Source: the human T2T-CHM13v2.0 reference genome, Homo sapiens. From it: 64,000 nt of DNA. Each line of letters starts with the position of its first letter. Position 1 is the stretch's first letter. The notes below the pieces were generated by a model, which was given only the letters and a program-made list of their open reading frames with translations, did not search any database and was not told the DNA's origin. The stretch lies in assembly GCF_009914755.1 (NCBI RefSeq), contig NC_060930.1; one strand, 5' to 3'. Below, piece by piece: positions 1 through 17,899 of the stretch. The position numbers and the translations under genes are program-made.

Positions 1-210
1 TATTATTATACTTTAAGTTTTAGGGTACATGTGCACATTGTGCAGGTTAGTTACATATGTATACATGTGCCATGCTGGTGCGCTGCACCCACTAACTTGT
101 CATCTAGCATTAGGTATATCTCCCAATGCTATCCCTCCCCCCTCCCACCCACCCCACAACAGTCCCCAGAGTGTGATATTCCCCTTCCTGTGTCCTTGTG
201 ATCTCATTGT

Positions 211-4035
<3,825 letters not shown>

Positions 4036-4062
4036 TATGATGTTAGCTGGTGATTTTGCTCG

Positions 4063-5115
4063 TTAGTTGATACAGTTTCTTCCTAGTCTCGATGGTCTAT
4101 ACATTTTAGCATTATTTTGCAGCAGCTGGTACTGTTTGTTCCTTTCCATGTTTAGCGCTTCCTTCAGGAGCTCTTTTAGGGCAGGCCTGGTGGTGACAAA
4201 ATCTCTCAGCATTTGCTTGTCTATAAAGTATTTAATTTCTCCTTCACTTATGAAGCTTAGTTTGGCTGGATATGAAATTCTGGGTTGAAAATTCTTTTCT
4301 TTAAGAATGTTGAATATTGGCCCCCACTCTCTTCTGGCTTGTAGGGTTTCTGCCAAGAGATCTGCTGTTAGTCTGATGGGCTTCCCTTTGAGGGTAACCC
4401 AACCTTTCTCTCTGGCTGCCCTTAACATTTTTTCCTTCATTTCAACTTTGGTGAATCTGACAATTATGTGTCTTGGAGTTGCTCTTCTCGAGGAGTATCT
4501 TTGTGGCCTTCTCTGTATTTCCTGAATCTGAACGTTGGCCTTCCTTGCTAGATTGGGGAAGTTCTCCTGGATAATATCCTGCAGAGTGTTTTCCAACTTG
4601 GTTCCATTCTCCCCGTCACTTTCAGGTACACCAATCAGACGTAGATTTGGTCTTTTCACATAGTCCCATATTTCTTGGAGGCTCTGCTCATTTCTTTTTG
4701 TTCTTTTTTTTCTAAACTTCCCTTCTTGCTTCATTTCATTCATTTCATCTTCCATCGCTGATACCCTTTCTTCCAGTTGATCGCATTGGCTCCTGAGGCT
4801 TCTGCATTCTTCACGTAGTTCTCGAGCCTTGGTTTTCAGCTCCATCAGCTCCTTTAAGCACTTCTCTGTATTGGTTATTCTCGTTATACATTCTTCTAAA
4901 TTTTTTTCAAAGTTTTCAACTTCTTTGCCTTTGGTTTGAATGTCCTACCATAGCTCAGAGTAATTTGATCATCTGAAGCCTTCTTCTCTCAACTCATCAA
5001 AGTCATTCTCCATCCAGCTTTGTTCCGTTGCTGGTGAGGAACTGCGTTCCTTTGGAGGAGGAGAGGTGCTCTGCTTTTTAGAGTTTCCAGCTTTTCTATT
5101 CTGTTTTTTCCCCAT
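4063..5115 (-). pseudogene. ORF1: L1 ORF1 (RNA-binding protein), disrupted
   Basis: ATG at 5115; CGA>TGA stop near 4970; 260-aa ORF 4063-4845 (YVKRPNLRLIGVPE); normal stop mutated, giving a short read-through. Confidence 0.93.
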
Positions 5116-5570
5116 CTTTGTGGTTTTATCTACTTTTGGTCTTTGATGATGGTGATGTACAGATGGTTTTTTGGTGTGAATGTCCTTTCTGTTTGTTAGT
5201 TTTCCTTCTAACAGACAGGACCCTCAGCTGCAGGTCTGTTGGAGTACCCTGCTGTGTGAGGTGTCAGTGTGCCCCTGTTGGGGGGTGCCTCCCAGTTAGG
5301 CTGCTCGGGGGTCAGGGGTCAGGCACCCATTTGAGGAGGCAGTCTACCCCTTCTCAGATCTCCAGCTGTGTACTGGGAGAACCACTGCTCTCTTCAAAAC
5401 TGTCAGACAGGGACATTTAAGTCTGCAGAGGTTACTGCTGTCTTTTTGTTTTTCTGTGCCCTGCCCCCAGAGGTGGAGCCTACAGAAGCAGGCAGGCCTC
5501 CTTGAACTGTGGTGGGCTCCACCCAGTTGGAGCTTCTGGGCTGCTTTGTTTACCTAAGCAAGCCTGGGCA

Positions 5571-5753
5571 ATGGCGGGCACCCCTCCCCCAGCCTCGCTG
5601 CCACCTTGCAGTTTGGTCTCAGACTGCTGTGCTAGCAATCAGCGAGACTCCGTGGTCGTAGGACCCTCCGAGCCAAGTGCAGGATATAATCTCATGGTGC
5701 GCCGTTTTTTAAGCCCGTCAGAAAAGCGCAGTATTCGGGTGGGAGTGGCCTGA
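5571..5753 (+). CDS. ORF0: L1 ORF0 (antisense 5' UTR ORF), 60 aa, C-terminally truncated
   Basis: MAGTPPPASLPPCSLVSDCCASNQRDSVVVGPSEP... within ORF 5502-5753; matches the known primate ORF0 peptide. Confidence 0.75.
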   Translation: MAGTPPPASLPPCSLVSDCCASNQRDSVVVGPSEPSAGYNLMVRRFLSPSEKRSIRVGVA

Positions 5754-6534
5754 TTTTCCAGGTGCCTTCCGTCACCCCTTTCTTTGACTAGGAAAGGGAA
5801 CTCCCTGACCCCTTGTGCTTCCCGAGTGAGGCAATGTCTCGCCCTGCTTCAGCTTGTGCAAGGTGCGCCCACCCACTGACCTGCGCCCACTGTCTGACAT
5901 TCCCCAGTGAGATGAACCCGGTACCTCAGATGGAAATGCAGAAATCACCCATCTTCTGCGTTGCTCACGCTGGGGGCTGTAGACCGGAGCTGTTCCTATT
6001 CGACCATCTTGGCTCCTCCCCCTGAATCACCACTAAATTTTTTTAAAGTATGTTCTATTTTGGCATAATATGTAGACCCTGAAAAAATAATTTACTGTAC
6101 TACAAAAGAAAAATAAGTTATGGAAGAAAATTTTAATGTAATCAGCCTTTAACATTGGATTGTTGAAATCAGAGTATCTGTACTTTTCTTATGATGTTCA
6201 GAATCACCCCACCGTTTTTTCCAACTATTTTCCTTCTTTCCTTCCCATGATTCAGAGACAAGCAACTATTTTTATTGCCATAAATACATCAATCAGCTTA
6301 CTCTGATGTCAGTTTTGGTTCATATAAGCTATAGTCCACGTGTGTATCATCTCTATTAATGCAACTCAATCTTTTGAATTGTACTGCCACAAAAATTATT
6401 TGTTCTTCAGCTCACAGCTACTGATAAAATAATTTAGAACAATTATGTCACCCGAAGTTTAAAAGCAGCTCCGATTTTTCTACAGACTTTTGCTTCCTCT
6501 TACCTAAGTTTTGAGACCATAATTTTGATTCAGA

Positions 6535-7015
6535 ACCTGTTCTTCTTGCCTTGCAAAAATTCTAGTTGCTACAGATTCATTAAATAACATCAGCCTGTCG
6601 ATAATACCATTCAAATTTTAGTTCCCATGGCATATTAACTGTGAGTAATCACATAAAGTGCTTCACTGCTAGATTTTCACTCCACAAATCACTAGGTGCA
6701 TCATGATCCATGACCAATCATGTCACTTTTATCAAAGTTTATTGGTGATTGTTCATTGCATAAAAATTCAGTTCTGACATAGCAAAGCATGTGCTTATGT
6801 TGCCTACTTGTCTCTCAGTTTTAAATCCATGAGACATATTACAAAAATAGATACTAGAAAGAAAAAATTGGCCAACAAATATGGAAGTGCACCAAAGAAA
6901 TCAAGAGTAATAACACTGGGAGTGAAATCTGAATCAAACTTGAGTGGACTCATCAATAATTGTAGGAATGTTGCCAATGCCACCTTTAGGAAGGCTCTAG
7001 ATGTGAAGCCAGGAA
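6535..7015 (+). mobile_element. Tigger13a-like DNA transposon, left part
   Basis: Matches recalled Tigger13a (CATATTAACTGTGAGTAAT...TTGGCCAACAAA...CTCTAGATGTGAAGCCAG); continues at 15795. Confidence 0.7.
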
Positions 7016-8389
7016 ACATACTGAAAAATGACATCAACAAAATTGCAAAGTAGGAGTTCTCTGGTTTCTGTTCCCCACCAAGAAAATAAAACTAGCAACT
7101 ATCTAAAGTCAAGATTACCATCCTGAATATCCCAGAACTTCGAAGTAAAGCTGTGATATTCCCTTGGATCAATGGAGCCAAGAAAAATAGCAATCAGAGA
7201 GTAAGGGAAATAGTTCTCCTTAATCATCACACCCCTCCTCTAAGCACATACAGTGCCACTTGTGGAGAATTCTTCTGGACTGACGGTGGTTTCTACAGTG
7301 GAAAGTGTAAATTGGAGGCAGACATTTGACTTCCTCACCATTCTGTGACACTTTACAGGTGGCTCGCTCTGGAAATATTGGGAATGTTAGCAGGGCTAGT
7401 CGACCAGGAGTCAATTCTAAATGAAGAATGGGAGTGGGGCCCACAGCAATCAACATGTGAACCTTGCTGCTGGCCATAGCAGATGCCGGTTTAAACCACT
7501 CTCTAGTGCTACAACGGCTATGGCAATGATAGGCTTGGAGACCAAAACAAATAGTCTGCTCAAAGTTTCTAGTCAGGTCTACTGTAGAAAAGTAGTCACA
7601 GACAGAGGCAGGCTGCAAAGATGAAATAAATACCCTTCTATTCAATGTGCAGACATCTATGAAGAACCAAAAGTATCAGGAACAATGAGGGAAATATGAC
7701 CTCACCAAACGAAATGATATGCCAATGACTGACCCTAAAGAGACGAAGATGTACAAGCTGCCTAACAAGTAATTCAAAATAACTTTTTAAAGTAAATTCA
7801 GTAAAATTCCAGAAAATATAAATAAAGAATTCAAAAATTTATCAGAGATATATAATAGAGACTGAAATAATAAAAATATCAAAAAGAAATCCTATATATG
7901 AAAAAAATACAATGAACAAAATGAAAAATGTAGTATATTTCATTAATAGCCAAATTGAGCAGAAGAAAGAATCAGTGAGCTTAAAGATAGACTATTTGAA
8001 AACAGACAGGGAGACAAAAGAAAAAAAAATGAAAAGGAACAAAGATATCTGGTGGGATTTATGGGACAACACCAAAAGAGCAAATTTTCTAGTCATTGAG
8101 TTCAAGAGAGAGTGGAGAAAGACAAAGGGGGTAGAAAGCTTATTTAAGGAAATAATAGCAAAACTTTTCCAAATCTGGAAAAAGATAAATATCCAGGTAT
8201 AGAAATGTCAAAGACCATCAATCAAATTCAATTCAAATAAAGCTACTCCAAGACATGTTACAATTAAACTGACAAAACTCAAAGACAAAGAAAGCATCCT
8301 GAAAGCAGCAAGAGAGAAAAACAAATAACGTGTAGAGGAGTTCCAATATACCTAGCAGCATATGTCTCAGCAGAAATCTTACAGCCCAG

Positions 8390-8697
8390 GGACAGGCATG
8401 GTTACTCATGCCTGTAATCCCAGAACTTTGGGAGGCCAAGGTGGGTAGATCACTTGAGGCCAAGAGTTTGATACCAGCCTGGCCAACATGGCAAAACCCC
8501 ATCTCTACTAAAAATAATTTAAAAATTAGTTGGGTGTGTTGGCATATGCCTGTAATCCCAACTACTTGGGAGGCTGAGGGACAAGAATCACTTGAACCTG
8601 GGAGGTGGAGGTTGCAGTGAGCCAAGGTCACACCACTACACTCCAGCCTGGACAATAAAACGAGACTATCTTTTGCAAATAAAATAATAAAATAAAG
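8390..8697 (+). mobile_element. Alu (old S or J type)
   Basis: Full dimer with A-rich tail; degenerate TSD agaaatcttacag / agaaaccttacag. Confidence 0.93.
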
Positions 8698-9515
8698 AAA
8701 CCTTACAGGCCTGAAGAGAGTGAGATGATATAGTCAAAGTCTTAGAGGCAAAAAATTGCCAACAAAGAATACTGTAAAGCAAAGCTATCCTTCAAAAATG
8801 AAAGGGAGATAAAGACTATTCCAGACAAACAAAAGCTGAGGGAGTTCATCACCATCAGACCTATTTTCCTATTTTACAAGAAATGCTAAAGGAAGCTCTT
8901 CAAATTGAAAAAAAAAAAAAGCTAACGAGTAACATTAAAATCCTTGTAAATATAAAGATCACTGGTAAAAGTAAGTACATGGTAAAACTTAGAATATGCT
9001 AATATTGTAATTGTGTTATGTAAACCACCTATCTCTCTAGTATGAAGATTAAAAGATAAAATATTTTAAAATAATAATAGCTAAAACGAGTGGTTGAGGA
9101 ATGTATAATATAAGAAGTTTGTAAATTGTGACACAAAGAATTCAAACTATGAGAGGGAGTGGAGTTAAAGTGCAGAGGTTTACTTTTGTGATCAAAGTTA
9201 AGTTGTTACCAGTTTAAAACAACCTGTTATGTTTTTGGTAAACATAACAGTAACCGCAAAGCAAAAACCTATAATAGATACACTGGAAATAAAAAGCAAG
9301 GAATCAAAACATACTACTAGAGTAAATGACTTAACCACAAAAGAAAATAGTAAGGGAGGGGGGAAAAAAGGATCTAGAAAACAACTGGAAAACAGTTAAA
9401 AAAATGGCAGTGATAGGTCGTTACGTATCGATAATTACCTTAAATGTAAATAGATTAAATTCTTCAATGAAAAAGCGTTAAGTAGCTGAATAGATTAAAC
9501 AACAAGACTCAAATA

Positions 9516-10204
<689 letters not shown>

Positions 10205-10875
10205 TTATGGAGAACAGTATGGAGATTGCTCAAAAAATTAAAAACAGAAGTACCATATGATCCAGCACTCCCACTACTCAATATATATGCAGAGAAAATG
10301 AAATGAGTATGTTGAAAAGATATCTGTGTCACAAGATCCTTGGGGTGTCACTTCACCAGCCAGAAAACTTTGTAGCTAGTGGTGCCTTTATCCAAGTTTT
10401 GCTCAGGCCCACTGGGTTTGCTCTGCCCACTTGGCCCGGCAGCCTGTGATCAGCTCACACTATTGGCCCAGATCCTATGCCTGCCAAGGGCAAGCCAGGC
10501 ATGGAGTGGCAAAGGCGCAGTGCGTGAATGAGCAAGCATGGGGTCTGGCACCTGCACACAGCAGGCAGATCCAGGCGCCGGCACGGGTGCTGGCTCCCTG
10601 CAAGAATGTGGCTAGACCAGGCATATTCCAAGTGGCTTCCACTGCTGGCACTGGGGAAGGTAGTGGTGCCTGGAAGATTGCAGATGCCAGGAACTGCAGA
10701 ACCCGAAAGAGGGCGTCACAGCCCTGGCTCAGGAAGCTCCTATGTCTGGGTTCCCAGAAGGGTCACAGTTCTCTCCTTCTCTTTCTCTCCATCTTGTCAC
10801 CTGCAAAGTGGCAAGGAAGGGGGCATGTTTCAGCTCTGTTTGTGTTACAGCTCTTTCAGTCCCACCATTTGGCAG

Positions 10876-11536
10876 TGAGAGGTGAAGCTGCCTGGGCTTC
10901 TGTGTCCGGTGGGGACTTGGAGAACTTTTCTGTCTAACCAAAGGATTGTAAATGCACCAATCAGCACTCTGTGTCTAGCTAAAAGTTTGTAAATGCACCA
11001 ACAGTGCTTTGTGTCTAATGGGGTAGGGGACTTGGAGAACTTTTCTGTCTAGCTAAAGGATTGTAAATGCATCAATCAGTGCTGTGTCTAGCTAAAGTTT
11101 TGTAAACACAACATCAGCAATCTGTAAAAACGGACCAATCAGCACTCTGTAAAATGGACCAATCAGCAGGATGTGGGTGGGGCTAAATAAGGGAATAAAA
11201 GCAGGCCACTTGAGCCAGCAGAGACAACTGACTTTGTCCTCTTCCACGTTGTGGAAGCTTTGTTCTTTCCCTTTTTGCAATAAATCTTGCTGCTGCACAC
11301 TCTTTGTGTCCATGCCACTTTTATGAACTGTAGCACTCACCGCAAAGGTATGCAGCTTCACTCCTGAAGTCAGTGAGACCACGAACCCACCAGAAGGAAG
11401 AAACTCTGGACATGTCCCAACGTCAGAAGGAACAAACTCCAGACACACCATCTTAAAGAACTGTAACACTCACTGCGAGGGTCTGCGGCTTAATTCTTGA
11501 AGTCAGCAGACCAAGAACCCACAAATTCTGGACACA
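10876..11536 (+). mobile_element. Short LTR12 (ERV9) solo LTR
   Basis: TGAGAGGTGAAGC start, CACCAATCAGCACTCTG repeats, AATAAAAGCAGG, ends GGACACA; flanks gcag/gtag. Confidence 0.92.
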
Positions 11537-12103
11537 GTAGGTCCTAAGTTCTTGTCCCACGTGCAGGAAGAATGAGGTACACAGACAACTGGAGGGTGAG
11601 TGAGACAAAGAGATGTTTTATTGAGTGACAGTACAGCTCTCAGGAGCCTTTCCACAGGCAGGTCATCCCTATGTCTGCTCAGCTCTCAGCTGAGAGGAGA
11701 CCCACAGTGCCTAGCTCCTCCCTGCAGGCAGATTGTTGGGATGTCTGCTAAAGTTTGGCTAACTCTGGGCTTTTTGTGAGCTTCAGAGGGCAGGAAGTGG
11801 GTGCTTATTGGTCCATAGCTGGCCATGGACAGGCCTAGAAAAAGCCCCATTAAGTTCTCACTCTGGTCCAGGGAACTGGCAGCCTGACCCCCTAGGTTTC
11901 AGGCCATCAGTCCTAGGCCTGAAGGTGGGGCTTTGACAGGGACCTGTCCCTTTAAGCCCAGGAGCCTTTCTGCCTCTCACTGCCATCAACCTGTCATCCC
12001 CAGTGCCCAAGCTGTTCCTAACAAGGGGTACCTGCAGGCCTGTGCTGAGGCACCATCAACTCCCCCTTTGCCTCCCTCCCATGCTCATCAGAGCCCAGAG
12101 CAG

Positions 12104-12813
12104 TGACGGGGTGGGGCCACCTGGGCTTCCTGGGTTGAGTAGGGTCTCAGAAAGCTGTGAAACTCACTCATTTCCTGCATCAGGGCTTACTTCAGTCCTG
12201 GATGAATAATATTGAAGATATATGCTTTAAAAATTCCTAACACCAGGATTTGTGCATGTGATTTCTTCCCCAAGAAAGCTATAAACAGTGAAAATTTTGC
12301 TGTAAATTTCTCTGTGTCCCCCCCCGGCCTTCCTCCTCCTCTGAAACTAAACTAAAAAGAATGTTAACTGCCTGTTTTTCTGTGACCAGTGGACTTTATC
12401 TATCATCCCAATTCCAATTCCTTGAAAACGTACTTTGTAACAAAGTCCTGTAAGATCCTGTCACCATTGCCATGCTGCTGCAAGGTCATAAAGTATATAA
12501 AACCTAAGTTGCAATTCTGGTTTTCCTCAAGATCTAAGACATGTCACAAATGGTTAATTGCCTTTGTTTCTCATTCTGGTAAGATATTCCTGCCCCACGT
12601 ATTTCCCGCCTTAAAAAGTTTACAAGGCAGTCATATAATCTAACTCTGGCTACCCATTCTGGACCCCTTCCACACTATGGAAGCTCTGTACTTTCACTCT
12701 GCTCAATAAAGCCTACAGCTTTTTCTCTCTATAGGTCCGGGTCTCCATCACTCGCCATGGTCAGCCGCCACACCAATTCTATGGTGTGGCTAGGCAAAAA
12801 CCTTAGGCATTAC
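12104..12813 (+). mobile_element. LTR30 solo LTR
   Basis: CAGAAAGCTGTGAAACTCACTCATTTCCTGCATCAGG ... CCTTAGGCATTAC matches recalled LTR30. Confidence 0.82.
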
Positions 12814-13556
12814 CTCAGCACTGTCCCAAGTGTATGGACAAGATGGGTGGCAGGACCAGGCATTTCTGAGTCTGTGGGGGCAGGGGGGTTTCCCAGGCCC
12901 CCAAGAGCACAGGAAAGCCCAGTCTGCAGCAGGAGCTGGGTGGCTACAGCTGTGCCCAGGAGGGTGGGGCTCTCACCCTCACAACTCAGAAGAGATCGGG
13001 GCTTCTGCTAGCTCTGTGGAGCTCGCAGCCCTGGCTGCACCTTCTCCACTGTAGCCAGCATCTTCGCAGTGGCCACTGCAGACGGGATGCTGCTGCCATC
13101 ATCTGCACTATCTAAGTTTATTTCAGCAACATTCACAATAGCCAAGATATGGATTCAACCTATGTATCCATCAACAGATGAATGGATGAAGGAAATGTGG
13201 TTATACGTGCAATGGAATACTATTCGGCTATATAAATGAATGAAATCTTGCCATTTGTGACAACCTGGCTAAATCTGGAATACATTATACTAAGTGAAAT
13301 AAACCAGGAATAGAAAGGCAAATAGCACATGATATCACCCATATGTGAAATCTAAAAAAGTTGATCCCATAGAACTAGAAAGTAGAATGGTGTTTATCAG
13401 AGGCTAGGGTGGTTGGGGGACATGAGATTGCAGAGAGGTTGGTCAAAGGATAGAATAATTATAGTTGAGAGAAATAATTTTTAAGAAATCTAATGTATAG
13501 AAGAGTTAACTATAGTTATTCGCAATATATTTTATTCCTGAAAAATGTAAAGAGAG

Positions 13557-15614
13557 CATTTTTTCACATGCTTGTTGGCCACGTGTATGTCTTCATTTGA
13601 AAAGTGGCTGTTCACATCTTTTGCCCACTTTTTAATGGGGTTATTTGTTTTTTTGCTTTTGAATTTGTTAAATTCCCTATCATGGATATTAGAACTTTGT
13701 CAGATGCACAGCTCTCAGAAATTTCCTCCCACTCTTAGACTGTCTTTTTACTCTGCTAATGGTTTCTTTCACTGTGCAGAAGCTCTTTGGTTTAATTAGG
13801 TCCTATTTATCAATTTTTGTTTTTGTTGCAATTGCTTTTCAAATTTTCATCATGAAATCTTTCCCCAGTCTTATGCACAGACTAGTATCTCCTAGGTTAT
13901 CTTCCAGGGTTTTTATAGTTCGGGGTTTTACATTTAAGTCTTTAATCCACCTTGAAATGATTCTTGTGTATGGTGTAAAGAAGAGGTCCAGTTTCAATCT
14001 TCTGCATATGGCTGGCCAGTTATCCCAACACCATTTGTTGAAGAAGGAGTCTTTTCCCCATTGCTTGTTTTTGTCAGCTTTGTCAAAATCAGATGGTCGT
14101 AGATGTGTGGCCTTATTTCTGGGCTCTCTATTCTTTTCCATTGGTCTATGTGACTGTTTTTATACCAGTACCATAATGTTTTGGATACTGTAGCCTTGTG
14201 TTATAGTTTGAAGTCAGATAATGTGCTGCCTCCAGCTTTATTCCTTTTGCTTAGGATTGTCTTGGCTATTTGGGCTCTTTTTTGGTTCCATGTGAATTTT
14301 AAAATAGTTTTTCCTAATTCTGTAGAGAATGTAATTGTTAGTTTGATAGGAATAGCATTGAGTCTATAAATTGCTTTGGGCAGCATGGCCATTGTAACAA
14401 TATTGATTTTTCCTTTCCATAAGCACGTAATGTTTTTCCACTTATTTGTGCTATCTCTGACTTATTTGAGCAATGTTTTGTAATTCTCATTGTACGTATC
14501 TTTCACCTCCCTGGTTAGCTCTATTCCTAGGTATTTTATTCATTTGTGGCTATTATGAATGAGATTGTGTTTTGGATTTCGCTCTCAGCTTGGATGTTGT
14601 TGGTATATAGGAATGCTACTGATTTTTCTACATTGACTTTGTATACTGAAACTTTGCTGAAGATGTTTATCAGATCAAGGAGCTTTTGGACTGAGACTAT
14701 GGGGTTTTCTAAGTATAGAATCACATCCTCTGTAAACAGGGATAGTTTGACTTCCTTCCTTCTTATTTGGATACCTTTTATTTCCTTCTCTTGCTAGAAT
14801 GCTCTGGCCAGGACTTTTAGTACTATGTTGAATATGAATGTTGAGAGAGGGCATAGTTGTCTTGTTCCAACATCACTAATAATTAGAGAAATACAAATGA
14901 AAACAACAATGAGACACCATCTCACATCAGTTAGACTGGCCATTAGTAAAAAGTCAAAAAAATAAGAGATGTTGGCAAGGTTGCAGAGAAAATGGAATAC
15001 TTATACATTTTGGAAATGTAAATTAGTTCAGCCATTGTGAAAAACGGTTTGGCAATTTCTGAAAGAACTTAGAAACAGAAATACCACTTGACCCAGCAAT
15101 CCCATTATTGGGTATATACCCAAAGGATTATAAAATGTTCTGCCATAAAGACACATGCACGTGTATGTTCATCGCAGCACTATTTACAATAGTAAAGACA
15201 TGGAATAAACCTAAATGACCATAAACAGTAGACTGGATAAAGAAAATGTGGTACATATACACAATGGAATATTATGCAGCCATAAAAAAGAATGAGATCA
15301 TGTCATTTGCAGCAACATGAATGGAGCTAGAGGCCATTATCCTAAGTAAACTAACACAGGGACAGAAAACCAAATACCACATATTCTCACTTGTAAGTGG
15401 AAGCTAAACATAGGGTACATATGGACACAAATAAGATACCAGGGCCTACTTGTGGGTGGGAGGAGGGTGAGGATCAAAAAACTACCTATCAGGTACTATG
15501 CTTATAACCTGAGTGATGAAATAATCTGTACACAAAACCCCCACAACACGCAATTTAACTATATAACAAACCTGTACAAATATCCCAAAACCTAAAATAA
15601 AAGTTAAAGAAAAA
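13557..15614. mobile_element. 5'-truncated, 5'-inverted L1PA15/16-like element (13557-14869 minus; 14868-15614 plus)
   Basis: ORF2 remnants on the minus strand, then plus-strand 3' end and poly(A); 16-bp TSD aaaaatgtaaagagag at 13541-13556 and 15615-15630. Confidence 0.92.
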
Positions 15615-15794
15615 AAAAATGTAAAGAGAGTCTGAATGTTAAGTGCTCTCACCACAAAATAATATCTATGTGAGGTAATGCATTTATTAATTAGCTAGAT
15701 TTAATCATTCCACAATGCATGTGTACTTCAGAACATCTTGTTGTATACCATAAAAACATGTAATTATCTGTCACTTTAAAAAATTTAAAAAGAG

Positions 15795-16343
15795 AATATA
15801 GTGAAGGTGAAGCTATGGACATACATGAGAAAAGTAAGATGATGATGTCTCAGAGGAAGTCATGCTGTCAAGTACTTCCTATTAAAGGAAATCTTGGTGA
15901 CATTTCCAACATTAAAATTTTGAGCAAAGGATAACGAGTTGAAAGCTGATCCAAGTAAATCTAAGGAAAGAAATATGACAATTGGCTCAGGCATAGAAAG
16001 TTGTTCACTTTATATTATAAGTTATATAATGACAATAAATCAAGCAACACAGTTCAAACTACCCTTGATAAACTTTTTACAAAGAAATGAAACATGTTAA
16101 TTATTAATGTTCCCAATATTATAGATTGTGTACTAAGTAAATATTAATTTTATTATTTTTAAAGAATTTCCCTAGAAACTTAAGACCAACAGTAAGAGTG
16201 TTTCCAATGCTTTGACAACAATTTCTAATGGTCACAGAACATGATAAAATTTCCCATTTATTGTTAAGATTCCTTTGTGTGGTTTCAGTATGCATGGCTG
16301 TTTAACGTTCCTGCACTACTGTGCAAAGCAAAAACTACCTGTA
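15795..16343 (+). mobile_element. Tigger13a-like DNA transposon, right part
   Basis: GTTCAAACTACCCTTGATAA..., terminal GTGCAAAGCAAAAACTACCTG followed by TA. Confidence 0.72.
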
Positions 16344-17597
16344 ATAACATTTTTTTAACTTTAGAAAATAAATAGCTAAAAGTTGCCTGGGATTATCCAC
16401 TAGAGGTTTATTTCCAAACTATGCAGAGAGGAAAGAGGTTTACTTAGGCATTATGCTTTGATTTCACTGTCCCTATGGATATTTAATTTTAATATTTCAG
16501 CACAAAATAAATTGTCAGCTTAATTTCCCACATTTTCCACCAGAATCTTCATCTAAGTGCTATGCATGTTCTGATTTTCTTCCTTCCTGTACAGAACTCA
16601 AGTAGTTTACACTTCTGGTAACAAAGTTGTATATTGTTCTCACATGAATGCAGATGTCTACATCACCCAGGAAACCAGAGATGTGATTCTAAAAGGAGCT
16701 CTCGAGGGCTTACAATTGACTGAGTTCCATTGGATGCTGGTGCTGAATTGTGCCAAGAGAGCTCTATGTACACACTTTTGAGCCCAGTCGCGGCTGTGGA
16801 AAGACTGGCACAGCTTTGGCCAATTTGAAAGGGTGAAAAAAGCTCAGAGGGAATTGATAGAATCTTTTTCTCAAATTTGCAGATTGTCTAAATTAAACTT
16901 GCCACTCAAAATATGAACACAGTTTGTCTCTCGTTTATTCAGAGACTTACAATGGCCCAAAAGAGCAAGTGATTGCCAAACGGACAGAGTGACTAGAACA
17001 GAACGAGAAGTCCCCATCTTACAATACATTTTATTCCAAAAAATTGTTATTTGTAACTCCAAAAGCATTTTCTTCTACATTCAGTGTTACACATCATGGA
17101 CAGGCCAGCCACAGAAAACTATTTAACTCAAGGTGAAGCTTTTCTGTAGTGCTAATCATTATGTGGCAGTAACCCTTCATTTTTTCTAAAGATTGTTTAT
17201 TCAACAAGCTCAAAACAGAAAATATAGCCAGAACACTGGAGGAGCATGAAAAGTCTACAGAAACTGTCTTTAACTTTTATTATTTTGATTAAGAAACCCA
17301 CATAAACAATAAAATGTATCACTTGTAATTCTATCACCCATAGGTAACTGTGTTTAACATTTTGATGCATATTATCTGAGACTCGTTTCTATACAAACAT
17401 ATATATGTATGAATATGTATAATGTTATTTTTAACAAAACTGATTGATTGTATTAGGCATATTATTTGAAAATCTGTTTTGATTCACTTACATCACAGAT
17501 ATCACGGCAAAAACATTTATCTATATTGTTATTGTTAATGGCTTTACTCGTTATATAAATAAATCACACCTTGCAAATCAATCTGTATTTTGAACAT

Positions 17598-17897
17598 TGT
17601 TGTGGTGAGAATGTGACCCCCGCAAATTCATATGTTGAAATAGTGACTTCCAAAGTGATGGTATTAAAAGGTGGAGCCTTTTGGAAGGCTCTCAGGAAGC
17701 AGTCCTTCTTCTTCCACCATGGATACAGCAAGAGGCGCTATCTATGAGAAAGCCTGATCTCACTAGACAGTGAATCTGCCCCTGCCTTGACCTTGGATTT
17801 CCCAGTCTTCAGACTGAGAGAAATCAGTTTCTCTTGTCTATAAGCTACCCAGTTGGTAACATTGTCTTTTGTTACAGCAGCCTAAATAGACTAAGAA
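17598..17897 (+). mobile_element. MLT1A-type MaLR LTR (internally deleted)
   Basis: AAATTCATATGTTGAAA...ACAGCAGCCTAAATAGACTAAGA. Confidence 0.75.
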
Positions 17898-17899
17898 AG

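Larger units (their letters stand above)
10327..13101 (-). mobile_element. MER52-family solo LTR (ERV1), interrupted by LTR12 and LTR30
   Basis: TG...CA termini; TGATGGCAGCAGC start on the minus strand; TCTG target duplication at both ends. Confidence 0.82.

Noticed and set aside
16871-17068. 65-aa minus-strand ORF containing a GTAAGT donor-like site
   Set aside because: No recognisable homology; isolated splice-like motifs are common in AT-rich DNA
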